36,371 nucleotides of DNA from a virus (taxonomy: Duplodnaviria; Caudoviricetes), in IMG/VR virus record IMGVR_UViG_3300037566_000074, positions 1-36,371 of that record; one strand, 5' to 3'. The position numbers and the translations under genes are program-made. Under the pieces are notes generated by a model. The model worked only from the letters and a program-made list of their open reading frames with translations. It was not told the origin of the DNA and ran no database searches. Positions 1 to 7,352 of this stretch are shown piece after piece; positions within the stretch are counted from its first letter, which is position 1, and each line of letters begins with the position of its first letter.

Positions 1-33
1 TGCTAGTACGCTACCAGGCTGCGCTACATCCCG
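1..33 (-). tRNA. tRNA 5' portion, probably tRNA-Pro (runs off window)
   Basis: Reverse complement CGGGATGTAGCGCAGCCTGGTAGCGTACTAGCA gives an acceptor 5' strand and D-arm typical of tRNA-Pro. The anticodon is outside the window. Confidence 0.75.
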
Positions 34-50
34 CATTTTAGTATACAAGA

Positions 51-78
51 AAGCCACACTATAAATTTAGTATGGCTT
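51..78 (-). terminator. Host-side hairpin between the att copy and the next tRNA
   Basis: AAGCCACACTA-taaatt-TAGTATGGCTT imperfect inverted repeat, followed by only a short T-rich tail on the minus strand. Confidence 0.4.
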
Positions 79-80
79 AA

Positions 81-127
81 TGTGATCGCGACAGGATTCG
101 AACCTGTGACCGTCTGCTTAGAAGGCA
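81..127. repeat. Left att core: duplicated 3' half of tRNA-Arg
   Basis: tgtgatcgcgacaggattcgaacctgtgaccgtctgcttagaaggca is identical to 36245..36291. Confidence 0.97.
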
Positions 128-186
128 ATTAAACAAACACTATAAAACACTTAAAAACAAATAGTTATAATGCTTAAAAATAATTG

Positions 187-207
187 TAATCACTTTTTAA
201 TTACTTT
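187..207. repeat. Putative integrase arm-type sites, left arm
   Basis: TAATCACTTTT followed by TAATTACTTT. The same 11-mer occurs twice in tandem at 36121..36142. Confidence 0.6.
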
Positions 208-571
208 AATTGCTTAAAACAACACCCACAACCAAGCCGCCAACCACACCTAAAGACGTTGGTAATATCCAATTATTTTTCTTTTTACGCAAGGCCTTTA
301 CAGAATTATCTAATTGTATCTGTAGATTTTGACGTTGCAACTCTATAGTTTGAATTTGCTTAAAATACTCTAAATTACTTTCCACTAAACCATTAAGTTG
401 GTTAAGCTGTAAATCATAAGCCACACGAAGACTATCGCACTTACGACTTTCTTTTGCCATAGATTTTAAGGCTTTTTTAGATATGGTAATACTATCTGGT
501 GCCTTCGTGTTTTGAGATGTAAGCGTTAAGCTCATCATCATCAAGATTAGAATTGTCAATAATAGCTTCAT
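206..571 (-). CDS. Spanin-like protein (signal peptide, coiled coil, C-terminal hydrophobic anchor)
   Basis: Last gene of the lysis cluster, overlapping the upstream TM/coiled-coil gene by 80 nt. No lipobox Cys is visible. Confidence 0.5.
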   Translation of the reverse strand: MKLLLTILILMMMSLTLTSQNTKAPDSITISKKALKSMAKESRKCDSLRVAYDLQLNQLNGLVESNLEYFKQIQTIELQRQNLQIQLDNSVKALRKKKNNWILPTSLGVVGGLVVGVVLSN

Positions 572-848
572 CCTGCTTTAGTTTATCATTTATAGCTTTA
601 GACTTCTTTTTAGTAACACTGGTTTTAGTTTGCTGTTTTTGGGTCAAGTCCTTAATCCTTAAATTAAGAACTTTAATACTGTCTTTTACAGTTTTATAAT
701 CGCGCTCTATCTCTTTAAAATACTTATATTTATAAATACCTTTTTGCACAGTTACCACGGATCCATAAATGAAACCAACAGCAATAATAACCAGGAATAG
801 TTTTTCAAGTGTGGTGCGTTTTTTCCAAAAAAATAGTAGAGTGCTCAT
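492..848 (-). CDS. Putative i-spanin-like protein (N-terminal TM plus coiled coil)
   Basis: LFLVIIAVGFIYGSVVTV TM helix followed by a Lys/Gln-rich helical region, directly after the endolysin. Confidence 0.55.
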   Translation of the reverse strand: MSTLLFFWKKRTTLEKLFLVIIAVGFIYGSVVTVQKGIYKYKYFKEIERDYKTVKDSIKVLNLRIKDLTQKQQTKTSVTKKKSKAINDKLKQDEAIIDNSNLDDDELNAYISKHEGTR

Positions 849-855
849 AGATGTA

Positions 856-1266
856 TTATCGTTTCATTTCAAAGTGCGGCACATCTACAAAACCGTTTTC
901 AATATCATCCTGGTTAAAGTCGCCACCCCAAACATTATCTGGATGCAGACTTTCCCAATAGTCACCTAAAGGTTTAATTTTATGAAAATCATAAGTTAAC
1001 CGACCATTTATAAAAAAATTAAAATCTACAGCCAAACGGTTAGCATGGCTACTATACAAAGTTTTACTAAGCCTTCTGCTTTTACGTAGTTTAATACCTA
1101 AAACACCACCTTTAACCACCTCATAACCAAAGTAGTTGAGTAAAATCTGTGAGTTAGTTCTATGAGCTTCACCAAAAGTAAGCTCTATTTCTAGCACATC
1201 ATAAGCATAGTTTATTAAACAACCTATATTGCGTGTAAATATTCTTTGTGTTTTACTTAGACTCAT
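856..1266 (-). CDS. Endolysin, M15 family (L-Ala-D-Glu peptidase-like) metallopeptidase
   Basis: SxH-x4-AVD (SSHANRLAVD), WGGDF and DVPHFE motifs. Confidence 0.9.
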   Translation of the reverse strand: MSLSKTQRIFTRNIGCLINYAYDVLEIELTFGEAHRTNSQILLNYFGYEVVKGGVLGIKLRKSRRLSKTLYSSHANRLAVDFNFFINGRLTYDFHKIKPLGDYWESLHPDNVWGGDFNQDDIENGFVDVPHFEMKR

Positions 1267-1480
1267 CGTTTGGCATTTTTAGTTTTATCTCACTTATTAA
1301 AATACCTATATGGCTTTTAAGAAGTTGTATTTTTTGTTTCCTAGCTTTAATATCTGGCTCTTCTTGGTATGGTATAATAATATCCATAGGAATTTCCATC
1401 TTTTTTTCTGGTGCAGTAACTTTTGGAAGTACAAAAGTCATACCCAAAACAATTACAAGCAAACTACCTAGCGTTTTCAT
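1253..1480 (-). CDS. Small membrane-anchored/secreted protein in lysis cluster
   Basis: N-terminal hydrophobic helix, overlapping both neighbours. Confidence 0.55.
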   Translation of the reverse strand: MKTLGSLLVIVLGMTFVLPKVTAPEKKMEIPMDIIIPYQEEPDIKARKQKIQLLKSHIGILISEIKLKMPNDESK

Positions 1481-1805
1481 TCAATCGTTGTTTTAGTTCG
1501 TCGGCCTGTACGTTTAATCGTTGCGCCTCAAAAAGAAGTGCTTTAAACTCTTTTTCACTTTCCTGAAGATACGTTCTGTAATTCTCATTACAGGTCTCAA
1601 GTTTAGCCTCAAGAGCAGCCTTATCACCACGATATCTAGTAACAATGCTATTAATAGTAGTTCTATGTTGCTCATTTTCCGTGTTTACTTTATTTTCATA
1701 ATGAATTATTACAGTACACAACGTCAACACTATTAAAGCTATTATTACATTATACCTTTGTTCTAAAGGCATTTTAGACCATTCTTTTATTTTTTTAAAA
1801 TTCAT
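1464..1805 (-). CDS. Single-TM coiled-coil protein (holin/antiholin-like accessory)
   Basis: VIIALIVLTLCTVII TM followed by a coiled coil, in lysis cluster context. Confidence 0.55.
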   Translation of the reverse strand: MNFKKIKEWSKMPLEQRYNVIIALIVLTLCTVIIHYENKVNTENEQHRTTINSIVTRYRGDKAALEAKLETCNENYRTYLQESEKEFKALLFEAQRLNVQADELKQRLNENAR

Positions 1806-1864
1806 TTGTCTATAACCTTAATACATCAATTAATCCCTCTATTGTTGTATTAGCAAGTAATTTT

Positions 1865-2098
1865 TTAAACAGTACCAGATTTTCGCTTTATCACTTTTAA
1901 AGCTGCAGATTTTAAACCATTTTGAATAAACATCATGGCAAAACCCAACAAAGCAAAGGCACCATCTCTTAAAATATCAATCTCAAACTCTAAATTGAAA
2001 AAATAGAAAGCTGAAATTCTATACGTTTGTGCCAGTAATATTACCGCACCCAAAAGCCACACAAACGATTTACCAAATTCTTTTAATTTATTGAACAT
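1865..2098 (-). CDS. Putative holin
   Basis: 77 aa with two hydrophobic helices and a basic C-terminus, upstream of the endolysin. Confidence 0.55.
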   Translation of the reverse strand: MFNKLKEFGKSFVWLLGAVILLAQTYRISAFYFFNLEFEIDILRDGAFALLGFAMMFIQNGLKSAALKVIKRKSGTV

Positions 2099-2130
2099 AT
2101 CTCTTAATTTATTTTTAACAATATATTTTT

Positions 2131-2340
2131 CTAAGTTTCTTTATTTAAAATATTAACCAACAAATCATCTATAGTCGCAGTATGCCTATCTTCCCAGCAA
2201 TAGAAGCAGAATTTTATAAAAACACATCTTAGATGTTGCATTTTCACTATATCTAAAAAAGCATCAATATGTCTTTCTACAGGAGTAACACCTTCGTTAT
2301 CACAACGCGCTATAAAAGATCTTATAATATCTGCATTCAT
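2131..2340 (-). CDS. Hypothetical protein
   Basis: Start overlaps the stop of the upstream gene (ATGA coupling). Confidence 0.55.
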   Translation of the reverse strand: MNADIIRSFIARCDNEGVTPVERHIDAFLDIVKMQHLRCVFIKFCFYCWEDRHTATIDDLLVNILNKET

Positions 2341-3074
2341 TTCTCTACCACTTTTAAATCCAACAAATCAAAACTGCCACCATTGTTATTCCTGGCTCTA
2401 ATTCCCATCCTTAGCTTTTCTGCACCTTCTACAGTGTACTCAAAACTATGCTTCCCTTCTTCATAATAACCATCTGGTAAACGTTGGTTTGATGCCTCGT
2501 CATAAAACCAAAAATTAATTAAGGCTTCTCTGCTAGGGTCTGCTAACTGAATGGTAAATGATATACTATAGGTAGAATTGGGTTTTAAGTTTTTTTTAAA
2601 ATCAAAATAGATGTAGCTGTAATTGGCAATAGTATGGTTATACCTATAACTGCCATTATGGTTTACAGACCATGCCGAGCCGATATTGTGTAACGGTCCT
2701 AAAAGATTAATCTCTAAAACAGGCTCGTCAACAGAATCTACAACAAACACCACACTATCCTTTATAAAGGTTTGTGTGTAGTTAATCTGCTTTTCTAAAC
2801 GGTCTATTTTTAAGCTGTCCTTTAAGGCGTTAAGCTTTAATTCGGTTATGTGTGTGGATTGGCCATTAACCTTAGCCGTAAGGTTATTAATATCGGTTTG
2901 CAAAGCGTAGAGCTTAACACTCATAGCTTGTAACTGCTTTAGCTGATTGTCTACAGTTTGTCGCCACTCATTTTCAACCTCTAGTTTTACCTTAGAAATT
3001 TCGTTGACTTTATCAGCTTGTCCGTTTGCAGATATGCAAATAATGAGTGCTAGGTATGTGATTAGGTTTTTCAT
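2337..3074 (-). CDS. Signal-peptide protein with coiled coil and C-terminal beta-sandwich (carbohydrate-binding-like) domain
   Basis: MKNLITYLALIICISANGQA leader, a heptad region, and LKPNSTYSISFT typical of CBM-like folds. Confidence 0.65.
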   Translation of the reverse strand: MKNLITYLALIICISANGQADKVNEISKVKLEVENEWRQTVDNQLKQLQAMSVKLYALQTDINNLTAKVNGQSTHITELKLNALKDSLKIDRLEKQINYTQTFIKDSVVFVVDSVDEPVLEINLLGPLHNIGSAWSVNHNGSYRYNHTIANYSYIYFDFKKNLKPNSTYSISFTIQLADPSREALINFWFYDEASNQRLPDGYYEEGKHSFEYTVEGAEKLRMGIRARNNNGGSFDLLDLKVVEK

Positions 3075-6000
3075 TTATTCTAAAATCTCTTTTAAACTAA
3101 GATTATCAAAAACAATTTCAGCTGTACCTAAATTTCTAATCCCTATTGTCGTACCACCAGCAACAAAATCAACAGAATGCGTACCAACAGTTAAGTTTGG
3201 TAAGGCAACATAAGCATCACCTTTAAAATATTCCGCACTTGTTGACCCTGAATTTTCCTTTATTTCATAGGTTAGTCTGTAATTATTTCCAATAGTCACA
3301 GACAAACCTGTATCTAAAAGCCTTCTACTGCCAGTATCCGCAAACCTAGCTGAGCCACCATAATCAGAAGTCCAAGTAACCGCAGCATCTGCAACATCCC
3401 ATCCACTTAAATCAGAGTCAAAGGTTGGGTTTGTAAATAGTTCAGGACCAAGAGTTACATCTTCTACATTATTTTCACCTAAAATAGATATGTACGATAA
3501 TTCAATAGACTTATCTAAACATTCTACTTTAAAAGTGTATGTAGTAAAATCTTTAGGTGCTTGTACGTATATTTCTTTTTCAATTAAATACCAACCCATA
3601 TAAACATAAGAGTCAAAATCGTAAACTAAATCTAATGCACCAGCAGTTCTACTAAACGACAATCTCAACTTTGCAAAATCAAAGGAATTTTCGTGTACGG
3701 GATTATTACCTGTGTCATCTGTTAGACTAAACGTATCTGTTGAATCAAAAATATCTGGAAAATATCTTGCATATAATCTAACCTTTATTTTTTGAGGCTC
3801 GTTATTTTCTGATTTAAGAACAATATCCTGAGACAGGCTTTCACCCACAGATAACTCAACAACTTCGCTTGTTGTATCTAACGGAGTGTTAGAGTCCAAT
3901 GGTGTATATGGCACTTTGGAATCTGGATTAGTCCAATTGCTTATACCTGCTGTATCAAAATTGGTTTCACCTAATAGTTCTATTGGGTTTGCAAGAGAAT
4001 AATCGTTATCTATTTTCTTATTTATTTTTTTGCCATTATAAGAATATTCTACAGATATATCACTTAGATTAAAAGTACCTGTATCTTCTATTAAAAATTG
4101 AATTTCGTCATAATCCATATATTTATAAAAGTCAGTAATCTCAAAATCATTATCACTGTTTTTTGTCATTAATTCCCATTCACCATACGGCTCAAATGCT
4201 TGTGTGAAAAATTCCGATGATGGTAGTTCGGCAGTTCCGAAATAATCTAAAGAAGCATCACCTGTTCCACTTGTACGAGTCAATGTTCCATTTTCTAGCC
4301 CACCAGAAGAAAAAGCACCATCAGCCGAACAAACAAGTATGCCTGAATCATAAGAAACAACCGTAAACGTTAATCCAGAATATTCTACTTGGTCGCTTGT
4401 ATAAGTGTCGCCTTCAACTATTGATGTTGGTGTAGCGTCTAGTCTAAATCCTATGTTGTCACCATCTGGTATGTCATATGTGTCATCAACATATTTTCTA
4501 ACATAACCCGTTAATGTTTTGTCCGACAATATTAATTTTAATGATTCAAGCTGTTTTGCAGTGGCTGGTAAAATCACCTGTATAAGAGCCTTGTCTTGAA
4601 ATTCTACATTTTCATTTCTTACTAATTTTAAATATTCGGAATCTCTAACAGCGGAAACAAGACTGCCAGAATCTAACTCATCATAGTATTTAATCGTTGC
4701 ATCTGTTGTATATCTATGTCCTATTGATATTTCACGCCATTTTTGCAACCTTTCGTAATTATCTGAAAAAAGTAAATCTGCGTTAACAGTAAACGATGGT
4801 CTGTTTCGGAAAATCTTTATAGATTGATTTGGTCTTTCTAAATCATTTAATTTGTCAACCATAGGTTGCCAAAGAATGTTGTTTAACCTTACGCCTGGAT
4901 GACCATTATTCCAAAAAGGTAAATATCTATCTTGATTAACCATATATCCCTGAGAAGATATATCTACAAAGTCCACACCTTCTTTTATAGAAGCATCATA
5001 CACCATAGATATGTTTAACAACTCTGCATTGTTACCTATCTGGCTTGTAAAGATAGGTTGTGACCCTATTGATTTTATTGTTCGTGCTGTTTTTTGAATA
5101 ACGTCACGCCAATATCTTGCCTGTAGATTCCCCCAATAAACAACATCATTTTCTTCATAATTTGTTAAAATATAAGTTGAATTAAAATCTTGAATACCTG
5201 TTGTGCCAAATCTAGTCTCATTGTTATTAATCGCATTAAACAAATCTAAATAAGTGTCGCCAGAATTACCGTAACCCTCGCAAGTCCAATCTGTAAGCGA
5301 AGAAACCATGCTTACAATAGATTTATCTTTAAAATCACGAGCGCCACCACCCATAAAAGATGCACCAGCTAATAAAACCCTATCAGAATTTTGTATTGTT
5401 AATATTGATTTACTAACATCCTCAAAAGTCACATTGCCACTACCATCTGTGGTAAGCACTTGACCAGCCGTGCCATCAGCTCTAGGAAACTCATAGTTAC
5501 CAAAACCTGTTTGTAATGTAGAACTGTTAACAGTAAAAACAGGCACAGCAGATCCATTTGTACCACCGTTGGCTTTTAAAATAAGATTACCGTTAATAGT
5601 CTCAAATGAGTAGTCATTAACAGCTGTATCGTCATCTGCTGGGTTTTCAATAACAAGACTACCACCTGTATCTGTATTGTTTCCAGCAATTGTAAGACTT
5701 CCGCTTGTAGTGTCTGCCTCACCTAATGTTAGGTCATCAGGTATAGACACTATATCATCTAATAGAGCAAAAGTACCGCCTTTGTTAGGTAAAAAATAAG
5801 TTCTATTTGCAGACAACAATCCTGTTGCAAATGTAGCTGTGTTTGCTTGTGCTTTTAGTTTGAAAGAATTTAAACCAATACCTAAATATCTGCTATCTGT
5901 TGTATTTTCAAAACGTATTTCTGATGTTCCTGGTTCAAAGCCAACAAAACCTACTTGTGTTGGAAAGGTTGCGTCTTTAAAATTGTATAAAGTTGCCTCT

Positions 6001-6284
6001 ATTTCGTTATCAGTAACATTACCACGCTCTACTACATCGTCAAAAGTATCACCACCACCCAAAGTTTCCCAAGAGTCGCCATCCCAAATCTGTACTTCGT
6101 TTACACCTGTGTCTACAACGTAGATTTGTTTTCGGTCATCTGCACCAAGGGTCATTGCATCGCGTTCTGCAATAGTGTATTGCTGCTTATAAATTATACT
6201 TTGCACTTTTTGGTTTTGTGCAAAAGTCAATGTAGTTAATACTACTGCTACTATTGTTAAAATTGATTTTTTCATGTTATTCAC
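3075..6284 (-). CDS. Tail fibre/receptor-binding-like protein with SGNH-hydrolase-like and C-terminal CBM-like domains; signal-peptide-like N-terminus
   Basis: Tail-fibre motif ADGTAGQVLTTDGSGNVTF, SGNH-like blocks (LLAGASF, GNSGDT, EEND, GHPG), and C-terminal ELFTNPTFDSDLSGW. Confidence 0.7.
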   Translation of the reverse strand: MNNMKKSILTIVAVVLTTLTFAQNQKVQSIIYKQQYTIAERDAMTLGADDRKQIYVVDTGVNEVQIWDGDSWETLGGGDTFDDVVERGNVTDNEIEATLYNFKDATFPTQVGFVGFEPGTSEIRFENTTDSRYLGIGLNSFKLKAQANTATFATGLLSANRTYFLPNKGGTFALLDDIVSIPDDLTLGEADTTSGSLTIAGNNTDTGGSLVIENPADDDTAVNDYSFETINGNLILKANGGTNGSAVPVFTVNSSTLQTGFGNYEFPRADGTAGQVLTTDGSGNVTFEDVSKSILTIQNSDRVLLAGASFMGGGARDFKDKSIVSMVSSLTDWTCEGYGNSGDTYLDLFNAINNNETRFGTTGIQDFNSTYILTNYEENDVVYWGNLQARYWRDVIQKTARTIKSIGSQPIFTSQIGNNAELLNISMVYDASIKEGVDFVDISSQGYMVNQDRYLPFWNNGHPGVRLNNILWQPMVDKLNDLERPNQSIKIFRNRPSFTVNADLLFSDNYERLQKWREISIGHRYTTDATIKYYDELDSGSLVSAVRDSEYLKLVRNENVEFQDKALIQVILPATAKQLESLKLILSDKTLTGYVRKYVDDTYDIPDGDNIGFRLDATPTSIVEGDTYTSDQVEYSGLTFTVVSYDSGILVCSADGAFSSGGLENGTLTRTSGTGDASLDYFGTAELPSSEFFTQAFEPYGEWELMTKNSDNDFEITDFYKYMDYDEIQFLIEDTGTFNLSDISVEYSYNGKKINKKIDNDYSLANPIELLGETNFDTAGISNWTNPDSKVPYTPLDSNTPLDTTSEVVELSVGESLSQDIVLKSENNEPQKIKVRLYARYFPDIFDSTDTFSLTDDTGNNPVHENSFDFAKLRLSFSRTAGALDLVYDFDSYVYMGWYLIEKEIYVQAPKDFTTYTFKVECLDKSIELSYISILGENNVEDVTLGPELFTNPTFDSDLSGWDVADAAVTWTSDYGGSARFADTGSRRLLDTGLSVTIGNNYRLTYEIKENSGSTSAEYFKGDAYVALPNLTVGTHSVDFVAGGTTIGIRNLGTAEIVFDNLSLKEILE

Positions 6285-7194
6285 TATCTATAAATAATTT
6301 TGCTTTTTCTGTGTCATAAGGGTCAAAGTCGGTTGCGTCTACAACTCTACCAACTACATATGTTGCAGCTGTTGGGTGACCATAAAAATGATTACCATCT
6401 TCTATAACCATAGGATTTGCATTTTGAGACGTATTAAAATAAAGGTCTGCATAATCTGTAACTGGCAACTTTAAATAGTCTGGTAAGGTTTCTGGCAATT
6501 CAAACTGCAACACATCGGTTTCTGTTACAGATACTAAATCAATACCAGAAACACCAACCTTTAAATTAGCATTACTATTTACCCATTCAAAAGAGGTGAT
6601 TATTGCTCTTAGGTTTGTGTTTTCTGTAGCATTTAACAGGTTTAGTGCATAGTTGGTAGTACTAAATGACGCGCGCGCTTTTTCTAATATTTTTGAAAAC
6701 CCAGAATCAAAAATAATATGCGTTATTGCGGTGTCTAAATACACTAAAACTACATTGCCTGCAGAGGCATCAGCAGGTGTTACATTAGCATCTAAATCTA
6801 TGTCTACAATACGTTTTTGTTTCCAACTAAATGAATTTTGTAAACCACTAATTTCATCATCATCCAAAGATCTATAATCGCTAATATCACCATTAGTAGT
6901 ACCTAAGTACTCATAATAATCATAATACACAGGATCGCCTGCGCTAATCTCTACTGCAGAGCGTGCATCTTGCACATACTGTATCTTACCAGAAGATTGG
7001 TTAGATTGGTCTGCTATCATTGCGGCACGCGTATTGTTTGGTGCTGTATCGTAGCGATTTTCTACTATAGCCGCTGCATTTATAAGGCCTTCTAAATACT
7101 GAAAGTTGGCATTTATTTTTTGACCAGCTACTCTTGCTGGATCACCAAGGCCATCATTAACAGCATTACCTATACCTATTGTTTGAATACTCAT
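6277..7194 (-). CDS. Tail fibre adaptor with T4 gp9/gp10-like N-terminal motif
   Basis: MSIQTIGIGNAVNDGLGDPARVAGQKINANF resembles the IGxxxxDGxGDxxRxxGxKINxNF motif of T4 gp10-like proteins. Confidence 0.65.
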   Translation of the reverse strand: MSIQTIGIGNAVNDGLGDPARVAGQKINANFQYLEGLINAAAIVENRYDTAPNNTRAAMIADQSNQSSGKIQYVQDARSAVEISAGDPVYYDYYEYLGTTNGDISDYRSLDDDEISGLQNSFSWKQKRIVDIDLDANVTPADASAGNVVLVYLDTAITHIIFDSGFSKILEKARASFSTTNYALNLLNATENTNLRAIITSFEWVNSNANLKVGVSGIDLVSVTETDVLQFELPETLPDYLKLPVTDYADLYFNTSQNANPMVIEDGNHFYGHPTAATYVVGRVVDATDFDPYDTEKAKLFIDSE

Positions 7195-7196
7195 GG

Positions 7197-7352
7197 TTAT
7201 ATTGGGTTTTCGTCAAATGTTCTACTATTGCTATCAAAACTGATATCATTACGATCAAATGTAAAGCCTACCAATTCTGGCGGATTGTAAACTACATCTA
7301 TATCTACTATAGTTGCACTGCCTATCCATATTTTATGTCTTACATCACTCAT
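7197..7352 (-). CDS. Small tail-associated protein, 51 aa (not in ORF track)
   Basis: MSDVRHKIWIGSATIVDIDVVYNPPELVGFTFDRNDISFDSNSRTFDENPI. Its ATG overlaps the upstream stop, it fills the gap exactly, and it has FD-x-x-x-x-x-FD repeats. Confidence 0.7.
   Translation of the reverse strand: MSDVRHKIWIGSATIVDIDVVYNPPELVGFTFDRNDISFDSNSRTFDENPI

Noticed and set aside
3075-7194. Invertase-driven tail-fibre switching
   Set aside because: No inverted repeats or alternative antisense fibre ends were seen.
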